64,000 nt of DNA. Origin: Trichoplax adhaerens. Taxonomy: Eukaryota; Animalia; Placozoa. Position 1 is the stretch's first letter. The number at the start of each line of letters is the position of its first letter. The notes beneath the pieces were generated by a model. It did no database searches. It saw nothing but the letters and a program-made list of their open reading frames with translations, and was not told the origin of the DNA. The stretch spans positions 5,914,659 through 5,978,658 of the forward strand of contig NW_002060948.1 in the NCBI RefSeq assembly GCF_000150275.1. The letters run 5' to 3'. Shown here in pieces: positions 42,701 through 54,805 of this stretch. The translations under genes were made by a program, and so were the position numbers.

Positions 42701-43658
42701 TAAAATTCTCTGAAGAATCTTTCTTAACTATCCTTTTAATCAACAATATAGCTCAATGGGTCTTTTCAAATTTGATGGGTAGAATGGTAAAACGGACATT
42801 ACTTCTCTGTGATAGCGTTACTAATTTCTTCATATTGCTAGAATGATTTTCAATGGAAATATCTGAACTCGTCAAAGAGATGGAATCATCTTCAAATTGA
42901 AAATCTGCTGCGGACATTATATCTTTTAGTGCGCTATCGATGTGATCACTCGTATCTAAAGGCCTAGGATTATCTTTTATGTTAATATCCATTACTGGTA
43001 AGATATCATCTTGTTGATCATCGATATTTCATTTTGTATATAGCAAATATCCAATGTTATCAATGTCTAGCCGGTAGTTCATTTCATTTTCACTTGCCCT
43101 GTCCTCAGCTTGTATGCATTCTTCATCATGAATTTCTTCTCTGGTCGGCTCTAGTTCCTTCTTGTCATTAGCCTTACCACTTACAGTAATGGCTTTGATA
43201 CATTGTTCCATCTCCGCTGTCACATGAGTAAGTAATAATGGTGATTTCGGTGGCATATCTATGAATTTTGTACAGTCATAAACAATAATCACTGCTTCCA
43301 TAATGGCTGTTATTGATGCTGGAGTCCATGTTTGATCAGATTTTTAGTCTTCCATATTGACTGATAATCTAACCAGATTATATGAATGGAAAAGTTCGCT
43401 AAGGATACTTTGGAGAAGACCGAAATCTGTTTCTATGATGTCCTCATCACGACCTTGATCTCCTTCACGCGAGTGAATTGCATAGACATAGATCGATTCC
43501 TCTGATCCATTTTGAAGTATCGCCATTGAAATACTATCCCTTGCATTAGTAAGTAAAGGCATAATAATAAAATGTTTGCTCAAGTTTAAATTTTCTATAT
43601 GTAATCTATGGTATTTTATTCATTTCTTAAATTCTGAAGGGTTTTCAAGGTTAGAATA
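39792..43658 (-). pseudogene. Intronless ABC-type ATPase + TOPRIM (DUF4435/OLD-type) nuclease fusion with a long N-terminal extension; one reading frame with five in-frame stops
   Basis: ORFs 43344-43583, 43029-43301, 42753-42992, 41268-42746 and 39792-41174 are all in one frame. Motifs: Walker A ITGKNGSGKT, signature LSPAER, Walker B/D-loop ILLDEPDAHLHP, H-loop MTTHSP. After TAA 41268-70 come IVFVEATDD (TOPRIM Glu), GLVDND (DxD), RYSIENYL, RGHDL and a C-terminal coiled coil. Confidence 0.88.
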
Positions 43659-44655
43659 TTTTTGGCAGTTACAATTGCTAAAATTAATATTTACATGGCA
43701 ATATAGACCATTATATTACTGGCCAAGATAGGATGAATCCCTGCTGCATATATTAAAATTTTCTTGTTAATTGGATATTCGTAGACTGTTTTATCTGGAT
43801 TGATATGTATGCGAACTATACGCTATTATTGTTTTATATTTCAGTTATTGCTTTTTAACTTACAAAATTATTGTATAAGCATGATCTAAGTATCTTATTT
43901 AGCTTACTAGTGCTCAATAATAGTTACCATGGTAGTGTCACTAAAACGATAGGAAAAATAATAAGTCTTCAAGTCTTCGTCCTTTGTATCTACAATATGT
44001 CTGTAATAATCTGCCCTATGAAAGTACAGTATAGAATTACTTTGGATTCAAATTTACTTTACAATATTTTAGTCATGATTAGCTTTAATTAACATACAAG
44101 GCAGTAAATGAGCCACCCTCAACATGCCTAGATAAATAAACTACAAATTATTTCTGGTGTAGGCATCCAATAAATGACAAGCAGAATTCCAGTTCACTAC
44201 AATTGAGACCTTTATATCAGAAATATTGAGAAAATTTTTTAATTTACTACAACTGTAGCAGTACTGATTTGAACGCGCTTAATTTATTGGAGGAAATACC
44301 TTTAATCTTCATCTATAAACGGGTATATGGACTGCGATGAAAGCATGTTATAAGTATAACCATTAGAATTTAAGGTATTAATTAATACGAAGAGACTATC
44401 AAATAGTGCTGTAGCCAATCAAACTATCAAAATTACAAATTCAAATTACCCACAATCACTGAAGGAAGGAGCATTCCGTAAGAACTAAATTTCTTAACAA
44501 TTTCTTTGACTTTTCTCCAAGCTACTAAATTGCATTCCTTTATCATGCTATCAACTTATTACTCTAAAAGTATTCCAAATAAAAGTAGCAATTAATTACT
44601 ATAGTGATAGCTGATAAAATACTACTCTAGATTTCCGAAATTACTATATTAACTC
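43659..44655. repeat. Patchwork duplicate of 36424-38475 (lacks the solo LTR and about 500 bp)
   Basis: Collinear matches to 36424-36582, 37226-37870 and 38375-38475, e.g. TTGGCAGTT..AATTGCTAAAATT, AAATGACAAGCAGAATTC and GCAATTAATTACT.TAGTGATAGC. Confidence 0.85.
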
Positions 44656-44659
44656 GTAG

Positions 44660-45600
44660 CCCACCCAATAGGTCTTTTCAAGTTTAATGGTTTGAATGAT
44701 AAACGGTTACTACTTATGGATGATGGTGCCCTTAATCTCTTCTCTGTGTTAAAATGATTTTTAAAAACATCTGAACTCTTCGAAGAGCTGGAATCACCTT
44801 CATATTTAAAATCCGCTATAGATACCAAACCTTTTCTTGGATTATCGATGTGATCATTTGTGCACCTAAAGGCCTACGATTATCCTTCACGTTAACACCC
44901 ATTGCTGGTAAGATATCTTCTAACTGATTATCGACACTGCTGTATATAGCAAATATCCAATGCTATTACTATCTAGACGATAGTGCATTTCATTTTTACT
45001 TGCCGTGTTCTTAGCTTCTATGAATTCTTTGTCATGAATTTCGTCTCTACTTGACTTTTGCTCCTTCTTACTATTAGCCTCACCATTTGCATTGATGACT
45101 TTGATACATTGTTTATCTTCAATTTCATATAAAGAATTAATATTTGTGATTTTGTCGGTATTTCTACGAATTATTTGCGTCAGCTGCAATAATTACTGCT
45201 AGCGTAATAGTAGAAGCTGGCGCTGAAGTCCATATTTCATTGATTTTCTAGCTTTCATATTGACTGATAACCTAACCAGATCACACGAATGAAAGACTCT
45301 CTAAGGATAGAATGGAATCGATCGAAATCTATTTTTATGGTATCCTTATCATAATCTTGATTTTCTCTGTACAAATGAACCATATAGGCATAGATCGATT
45401 CCTGTGAGCCATTTTAAAATATCGCCATTGAAATACGATGCCTAACATTAGAATCCATTTCAAGAATCCATTTCGACTTTATTTAATCTTGACAGAGATT
45501 ACGACTTCATTTTTGTAGGCCCAACCCCTTCTTTGTTATTAATAACCGCAATTAAAATTACGTCATATAGACTTTAACATGTTAAAGCGTAAAAGTAATT
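44660..45600 (-). pseudogene. Second, decayed copy of the N-terminal region of the ATPase-TOPRIM gene
   Basis: KQCIKVINANGEANSKKE...ASKNEMHYRLDSNSIGYLLYT aligns with 43029-43301. It contains frameshifts and an internal deletion, and is truncated before the ATPase. Confidence 0.85.
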
Positions 45601-47579
45601 TATTTGATTAAACATTAACAATGCATGACTATCGAAACTAAGTGACTGGCCTACTTGTTCATTCGTTCAACAACAACGAGATAATGCGTCTTTAGATTTC
45701 AAGACATCAATTAGCTAATTTAGTAAAAATATAGAAATCAAACACGGTTTACTTGTTTATATTTCTCTCGTATAATTAAACCGCATTTGCCGCCACGTTA
45801 TACTTTAATTAGACAGTACAAGATAACTACCAGTAATTACAAAAATTGAAATAAATTACTAGCGAAGCATAACTAGCCAGTAGCCTGTTAGTGATTATGG
45901 TTAGGAAGAAATTCTATAAGATAGGGGGCGTTTTCTCGTTCATGCCTTTAACTAAGAATAGCTCGTGGCTGATCTCAGTATTCATGACAATGGGAAAATT
46001 TTATAGCTTATTACAATTTAGTTCTTACAAATCCCACGCAAGAAATTATCAGGGATAGCTTATTACCGATTATACGTGATTTATTTATGATCCGAAATAG
46101 AGTTCTTAGCGTAATATGCTACTAAAGATATATGCATCAATTTCTTGTCGTTTAGTATTGAATATGGCGGCGCTGAGATACCTCAACTATCGGACTATCT
46201 AAGATAATTGCTATAAGGAATTAAAAACTAGTTTAGTAATATTAGGTTAACTAGTCATACTGCTTTGTTCACTACCTTATAACGTATGACGCAATCAAAT
46301 ATTATGGATATCGCAATACACGTAGCTTTATGAATTCCAGATAGTCCATGAATAGCGAAAAGTAAATTATGACTTAGCTGCTATTTTGCTCGATATTTAC
46401 AATATATCATAAACTACAATAAGGATAATTATTGGAGACGAAATATCATTTACTTGAATACGTTAATTGGTGTTACTGCTCTACGTTGCTTAAACTATAG
46501 AGTTTAAGAAAATAGTCTTGCTCATAGTGTTTCAGTGTTAAGTATAGGAAATGCCATGACTTGTTGCACTTTTAACGGTAGGAATTAATGTGCTCTAGTA
46601 AATCAATATCACTCTTGTTAATTCGAAAATTAAAGCTATGAACGTTATTTGTAATGTGATTGTCACAAATTTTCTTCTTTGTGAATGGTTCACTCCTCTA
46701 GTAACTAATATCCTAATGCACTCTAACAGTGAGACAGATACTAGCCGCTAAGGCTTCGTGATAGCGTTCATAATTTAGAGAAGATTATTTTCATAAATAA
46801 TTTATCCTTACATCTAATTACTTCATTAAAATGTATCTTGTATTTCTCTATTTAGTAAAACGTTCATTTATGAGTGCATTTATTGGTTTTAATCAGTTGA
46901 TTTTGCCAGTTGATTGGTAGTGAGTGGTGAGTTCACCAAATAAAGCTGTTTTGTAGGCTGTAGTACAGCGTATCTATTGATTGTGAGCCTTTTAGAATGG
47001 CACAGTAGTTCTTAGGCGTTGTAGTAACTGTTACATATTCTTACTAGATCTTTCGACAGATTAAGGTAATAATCTGTACAAGCAACTCAAAGTAAGTGCT
47101 TTATGTTAGACGAGTGAACTTGTCAGGAAGTAGCCTGTGACACATAACCCAAAATCTGATTGGTAGAGTCTTTGAAGTAAAGATATAATTTACTTGTAGC
47201 CTTTTGCATCATTATGCACCGGCAATATAGGATACGATTATCAAAAGAATCACAGTAAGGTTAACTTTATCGATACAAACACAATTTATTTCATTATCAC
47301 CGAATCCAGAATGTAAATACTAAGTACCGATTAAGATCAGTAGTATGGAAGGAATTAGAATTAAACACTTCAAAGTTTCATTCTACCGTTACTTTATCAA
47401 AACTGCCTAGTAGAATATTCCTTAATATAAAAGTCGCCATGTAAAAATCAGCTAGGGATCTACGTGTATTAGGGCCTATTGCTTATTTTAGCAAAGATTA
47501 CACCTTCTGGACATTATTAATTCCAATTTTGTGAGTATTACCACTAGGTTAATTGTAATGACTATAGTCGGGTTAATAA

Positions 47580-50500
47580 CTAATTATAATTGACAGAAGG
47601 CACTTGCGCTGGATTTCTGACGTATCCAGTTGCTGCTACAGCATCTTCTTGCAAAGGTACCTACAAGTTAATATAATCAATTCGAATATAGTTAGAAATA
47701 GATGACTAAATATGACTGAAAGAAAGTTAGCTATAAAATTGTTGATTTACCGGCATGGTTGAAAGGTTGGTGTATCTATTGTTTAACAATTTCCTTGGCA
47801 CCTTGCAAAAGATAACCGCACCATGTATGCAATAGTAAAAGAAGAAAATGTAAACTGCAGTAGCCAAGGCAGTACCAGCATAAGCTATGGCTGTGACTGC
47901 TTGAGCAGCCTGACCAATACTTAGGCCATTTTGAAATTGATGGACGATTGTAGCAGTCATCCCAACCAATGATATGATCGTCATGACCAGTCCACCAATA
48001 GAGGCAAGTGCACTGATGATAGAAAACACTAGGTGCGCTATAGCCTATTATTAAAAACATTATAGTATCGTTTTTGATTAAGTTATTGATAGTAAAATAG
48101 ACGAATGCGAAAGGAATCATACATAGGTGTATAGTATTAATAAATGTTGACTAAAACTTGAAACAGTCGCATTTCTATTACAAACTGTTGTTCATGTTAT
48201 TTATTTTGTGACAGTATGGTACATTGAATTTATACCAAAAATTTAACAGTTTTGAATATTTAATCCAATTATCATATGTTAGAATTATACTCAATCATTG
48301 GTATGAATGTAATAGTTATTACTACTGGAAAGTTAATGAAGTAAAGCTTTAAAGAGGAAAGTTAACTGAATTTAAATAAATGTACATAAACAAAAGTTGA
48401 GAGGATAAATGGACTAAGTATTTTTCATAGATCTACGGTATACGATCAAACTTCAAAGTGAGAAATGTAACCTTTGCTATAATTTTAACTCGTTCATTTA
48501 TGTAAGATAGAGTAATCGATCTACTAAATAATTTATTTATCAGCAAATAAATGTAATTTACGTTGATTTAGCTAACAATTTAGTGCTATTTAATTTTATT
48601 AAGAAATTGACTAGTGCATAATGAAATACTTTCGTTGAGGATCTTACACTTCATGATGATGAAAAGGTGGCCAATTGAATAATTTATTCACTACACAGAT
48701 GACTGTATTTCAAATTGATTTCACTTTTTTTCTTTGGGTAATCATATTTCATTTATTTCGTAATCATTACTAGTATGTAGATAGAACATGAAATTTATAT
48801 CTTACTATATTACTACTACCGATAGATCGTTTTAGACTTTACTATAAATAAAAGAACATTGAACTTTAGAAACAAGCAATCGATTATTTAATGACAGTAA
48901 GAATTATATAAGGTGAAATTCATTTAATTTAAATTTATTCCGTGCACTTGCATAGCAAAATTTTACTGACAATAATATAAAGTATTGTCCTAAAAGGGCA
49001 AAAATAGCTTTGCTCACCACTTCATGACGATATAGTCCTTTCCTGTATGCACAGATGCCCAAGATACTGGTGATTAATATCTACATTATGTAAAGATTAA
49101 CATGATAAAATTGAGTTCTATATGATAAACTATTTTATTTCCAGTTAAGATATTTTTCAAGTTTTATTTATATTATTAAGGCTAGTCAATTTTCACTAAG
49201 TTGTAGTGAATCAAGAACAAATTGACTCATGGAGGACTACTGAAGAAAAATGTAAGGACTCAAGTCAATCATAAACTCCCCGATGTTGAAAGAATAAAAG
49301 CAGAAAACGCTTATAGAAATGAAAAATTTTTGACCACATTAACGAATAAATTGATCGTCGGGTTAGGAATATTTTAATACTAGCTATAGACCAACACGAT
49401 GTCGAGAAATTATAAATTTATAACGAACATTTCAACAAATATATTGGCGAACATAACAGTTGATCTCTTGATACTGATCGGTAAGCCTTGGACTTGATCG
49501 CTTCCAACTCAGTAAAATATTTTAAAGAAAATCTTTTCTGGCATATGTAAAGTTAAGCCTATTGAATATAGAACTATATGATGAACGAATGAATGTCAAC
49601 GAAGGTTGTTAAAATGCCAAAGAAAAAGTTCTCTCATGGTAAGATACAGATTAATATTTTATATAATTATATAATTATATAGTGATTTATCAGTCGCAAG
49701 TTGACTTTAATTCATACTGGAGCACTCGTTGTTTAAAGGCAACTTATATTTTCATATTTTAAAATGTTACAAGTAGCTGAAGCCCCTGGCTATAGAAGAA
49801 ATAACTAATTTTGTATTGACTAGAAATTGAAAGCTTGGGATATCGTTCAACCATTACTTTATTTTATGTTTTAGCACTCGCTTTGTAAGGGTAATTTTAC
49901 TTTACTTGTTTATTCATTTTGTACGTCCTAATAATTAAAATTTCAACTTGATGTAAAACAATAAAAGTTATTATTACAAAGATTATTGATTTTAGCCGTC
50001 AAGAACTATTAATTCTTTTCGAAGTATAAAAGCGAACCGGATTATTCTTCATACAACATGTGAGTCAGTAATTATGACATTAGAGTGTGCGATAGATTTA
50101 TATATTAAGAAAATAGTGAATATCTAAATGAGAAGTTTTATAACATCGCAGAAAGTATAGAGAGTGGCTGATTTAAGATCGAATGAGTAGTTGAGTACTC
50201 GATAGATGAACTCTTTTGATGGGTGTCGTAATTGATATTAAAGAAGACAATACAGTAGAGGGATCCAATTAGCGCGGTAATTTTCCTAACATCAATCAAA
50301 GTCAAATTATTTTGTTGTTTTTAATACTCAAAAAAAACATTCTTTACAAACTCATCTTTTATCCTGTTTTGATCAATCAACCAAAAATCAATTACTGTAA
50401 AAGTGTCTTCAATAATTGAGTTTAGACCGAGGACCAAAAATGGAGTGATCTATGTCTATATTTCTGCATTTTACAATGCCTCTGTCGAGATACCAACAGT

Positions 50501-51834
50501 AACTTACTACCACGAGTCACAATTTAGTCTTGTGCACACCCATACTGATCTTCTCGATTATTTGTCCGTAGCTCCACTACACCTGAAGATCTAATGTATG
50601 TTGGTACTAAACTACTTTCTGTCGCACAAAAATATGACTGTTCTACAAGACTAGTTTAGTTTATTAGTAGAGTAGGCGAGTGCCATCCTGTGCACTATCA
50701 AACAACGAACTGAGGAACGAGCAATTAATTGCTCGTCCTATTATACATTGCTATAAACTTATGCTGCAAGCATAGCAATTTACCATACGATATTTTACAT
50801 AATTAATATACTGGCTCTAGTAATAATTCGACAAAGTACAATTAAAGCTTTGTCATCTAACAATTTAGATATTAATTAATAAACCTATCTTCAATTAACA
50901 ATTATTAAATGTAATCCATTAGCAAAGTAATATTAGAAGACCTAACCAATTAGCAAAATACGTAACCTAGCATCGTAACATTGCGTTTTCTGATGGAGCC
51001 AGTAGAATTTTGATGGTGAATCACTTATTGTATAGTAGTGACAGTGAAAAATTATCATGCCGGTTCGTATGATAGCAGAAATGGATAATAAGACACTAAT
51101 ACCCTACTACAATATTACAGATCAACTGTAAGGGAAGAACTTTCAAACAGAAATTCATTTGTCAGGCACATGTAAAACGGCATTTTGAGAGACAGCACCA
51201 GTAGAAAATAAAATGGACTACGGCTTCATGTACGAGTATTACTAATTGCTAATTACAGTAACTGAAACATGGATGGAAAAGCAACAAGTATTCATAGTTC
51301 TAATGCTTGTCGTTATTAGTGAGTTATCTGTAATAGCGATGGAAAAATAATTATATCGCAGTAAAATAACATCGTCAATAATGCAATCTTTCCGACTTGG
51401 TAGCGATCCTTGGCAATTTTTCAGTAACATCATATTTATACGGAGAACACAATTTATGAATATACCAATTTTACAGATGAAAGAAGCAAACATTTAAGAA
51501 ATACGACAGTGTTCAAGATACACTATGGCAGCATTTTTATTGCTGTGATGTAATCATCTCAATATTGAGGCCTATATACTGATTGCAGACAGTTACAATA
51601 TCTTAAATGATAAAAATTCAACATACCGGTCCTGCTACCCAAAAAGCAATTAAAGTACACGATCATGCCTATACAAAATAAGGCGACATAAGGAATAAAG
51701 ATTGCCAATATTCCAAGAGTAAGAATCACGGAAGAAAATACAAGAGCAGCAATCGATAAATTGCACACTACTATTAAAGAACGCGTTGGTGCTGTATTGG
51801 CATTATTCACCATACTTTGACCGTAGCCCGCCAT
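47580..51834 (-). pseudogene. MS4A/CD20-like gene, copy 2; 1-nt insertion in exon 1 and early TAG in exon 4
   Basis: Exons at 51834-51627 (208 nt versus 207 in copy 3; extra base in the A5 run at 51641-45), 49080-49018, 48044-47751 and 47660-47580. The TAG falls where copy 3 has TAC. Confidence 0.75.
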
Positions 51835-52924
51835 TTTATGTCGCAACCAAGGTTTTTCAACTATGTCAAGATGTAGCGAAAATAGAAGTACTAAACGGCT
51901 ATCAACGCAGCCTGTAATATATACCGTTACTAGAGCAATAAGTTCTGACTTGTTCGTAATACATTATAGAAATAAAACCGGAGTTCGAGCAAAAAAACAC
52001 CTAGCAATCACTTTAACATTATCTGCCAATACAATAGCAATGGAATGCATGGAAAACAATTTTGCTATACAATACATAAGCTCTCAATTAGTAGTTGCTT
52101 TTAGCTCTGAATAATAATAGGAGTGTGTATTTAATATTCAATATGGAAATATTATTCAGCGATTGTCCGTTATGGAGGCTTAAATAAACATAAGCATAAT
52201 AGGCCAAATAGATGAGATGTTTTTAATCATTTCTACACTATCTTACGTCGTAGTTTATTCTAAGCAGAGCGTGACATCAATTCAATTTTATGAAATGTTT
52301 GTATTTAGTAATGAAACATTGACAATTATGCCAGATATCCTTGAACTAGCTGTCGTCAAAACCTGTAGGGAATATCATAATTGTGGCTGGCAACAAATAT
52401 AGTGCAACTCATATTTGATAGTATTGCACAGTAACTCTATCTGATAGAGTTAGGGTTTTTAAGAAAAGATATTAACGTGATGCTAATATTAGATGATTTA
52501 ATTAATCCCTATATTAGAAACGACTGATTACAAATAATAGCCAATTAACTGATTATGCTACAAGATTGAAGTAACTTGATTAAGAAAATGTCCAGCACCT
52601 TCCAGCGTTCGACATTAAATAGAAGTGCAGTTGTATTGTACTATAAGCACACTTCTATTTCATATCCAATTACAATTGTCCAGTAACGTATGTTAAAACT
52701 CTACATAAGTAGACTATATTTATAAATTTTTGACCGGCTTTTCATCAAGCAATTCGTTTTCACTTTATTATACGTATGGCCAAAATATAAACTAAATAGT
52801 TTGCTACTGTTCTTATCGAGTCATATTATATTCTTATTTATTATATTTCAAGTTTTATTATGGTATTTACAATTGTATTATTGATACATTACTCTTTTAA
52901 GTCCACGCATAGATAGCTAAAGAG

Positions 52925-53239
52925 GCAGATAGCTGTACAAATCCTCCTAATTAATAACCATGGGTTAAATTCAACTGGTTGAATCGAAATTCTGCATAAT
53001 GGTACATGGGTCTATATGCAACAGTTACTTTGATCTTATAGATGCTAACGTAATCTGCCGACAATTAGGATTTTCACGTAATATTAGATATGGCAATCGA
53101 TATGGAATTGGAAGGGGACCAATTTGGCTTGCTAACCTGCGTTCTTCCAGTTACAAATCTTAGTTGCATGCTCCAATGACGGTCGGGAAGTTTCATTATT
53201 GAGGATATCGCCAAGATGTTGGTGTGACATGTTATAATA
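52925..53239 (+). pseudogene. Decayed SRCR exon, paralogous to 29146-29475
   Basis: NHGLNSTG*IEILHNGTW...DANVICRQLGF...GPIWL...DVGVTCYN|gtaag, with stops and frameshifts. Confidence 0.85.
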
Positions 53240-54134
53240 GTAAGTTATTCGTAGTAGGGCCAAAATTTGTTTTGTATGCGCATTTAGTGTTGTATCTATC
53301 TTAAAACATACTTAAGTAACATATTTCAATGTTTGATATAGACTAAAACTCAAATCATTAATCCAAACATACAGTTTATATTCGTATTGTAACGAAGTCT
53401 TCGGATAGAAAGTAATTATCTTACAACATATGAGTTTTTGTAGTCTGACTAAGTTATAATAGAACTGCAAGAGTAGACAAATTATACAGATCTAGAGATA
53501 TAAGAATTAATTAAGAGAAATAACGAAGCCGCTTATATACTCTACTTGTTAACATCACGAAGTTAATAAACAATATTGCTTATTAATTATCGAAGAGGCT
53601 TTAGCACGAAAGTAGAACGCTATGATTACTATAACTTTCTGCAAAATCGAGATCAACATATTTATCTCAGAAAAACGTAATACATTCTTGCCATTATTAT
53701 CTATGCTAGGCCACATTGCCATGTTATTTTCACACTAAATTTGATACTTTTACAACTATGTTAACAGTACTATAAATATCACGTAAACGTCTAGCTTACG
53801 TAGGTTACATGTATAAAGGTATGGCCCACCGGCGCACCTTCAGTACCAAAATGCGAGGCTAGCAGAGCCTAATATTAAGCAGCTTCTCTACACGTATTTA
53901 CCATCATTTACGCTAATTATTTTATTGATTTATTAGCCATACGATTTATATCAGCGGAACATGCTGTTAATAATTATAATGTGAACTACTAGTATTAATT
54001 ATATTATTTGGCCATGTAATGTTAGAACATACACGTAATTGTCCTTTATTTGGAAATCACTCTATCACAATAATTTCCATACAAATATGAAGAAGATATT
54101 TTGTTAACTTTTTCTTGAATTTTGGCTTTATGAT

Positions 54135-54230
54135 AACTACGGTACTTGATCATATGAAATGGTACCGGAAGTACTCATACATACCATTGTAAATGCAGTT
54201 GTGGGTATTATGGAAATCGTTGTCAATATC
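54135..54230 (+). pseudogene. Decayed EGF-like exon
   Basis: ...YHCKCSCGYYGNRCQY followed by a phase-1 GTATGT donor; a stop and frameshift lie upstream. Confidence 0.65.
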
Positions 54231-54805
54231 GTATGTATTCCCATATTTTTAATTTGCAATATTCTTACCATCTAAAAACATCCTAATTTATAAGCGTGAG
54301 AGCAATATCGAAGAATTGGTGTGAGATCCAGCAAAAAAATCCAGCAGCGACAGTACAGCCACTTTTGGCAGTAAATCAACAGTTTTAAAAGCGTGAAACG
54401 ATGGATATTCTGAAGTAGTCTAGCTTAAGTTATGAAATTAGCATGTATTATTAATACTCACAGCTTTTTATTCTTAATCTCAATAAGCATTTTTCCAATA
54501 CTAAAGTAGAATTAAGCAACTTTTAAAAATTAATATTTACCGCTATAAATGAACTTACAGTATAAGTAATGTGACTTGTTGCGAAACATTTTAATATTGA
54601 GTTTATTACGAATAATGTGAAGCAGTAATGGTCCCTTGCATTCTAATCTTCTAATTCTATACTTTCCTACTGCAATAAGAAACTGTAAGATGTTAGAATT
54701 CTGGATCGGTATAATCATAATAAAATGAAATAGTTCCACATAAGGTCATTAATCCAACAAACATTAAAATATCACATATGATGGTCTGTACAGTTTGAAT
54801 CCTAT

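Noticed and set aside
39792-42746. Bacterial contaminant contig
   Set aside because: There is no gap at its borders, and its flanks and N-terminus are duplicated together with intron-containing host genes. Not formally excluded without reads.
39792-43658. Alternative genetic code (TGA=Trp) explaining the in-frame stops
   Set aside because: Two of the five stops are TAA, and one TGA corresponds to CGA (Arg) in a paralog. Ordinary nonsense mutations explain the pattern better.
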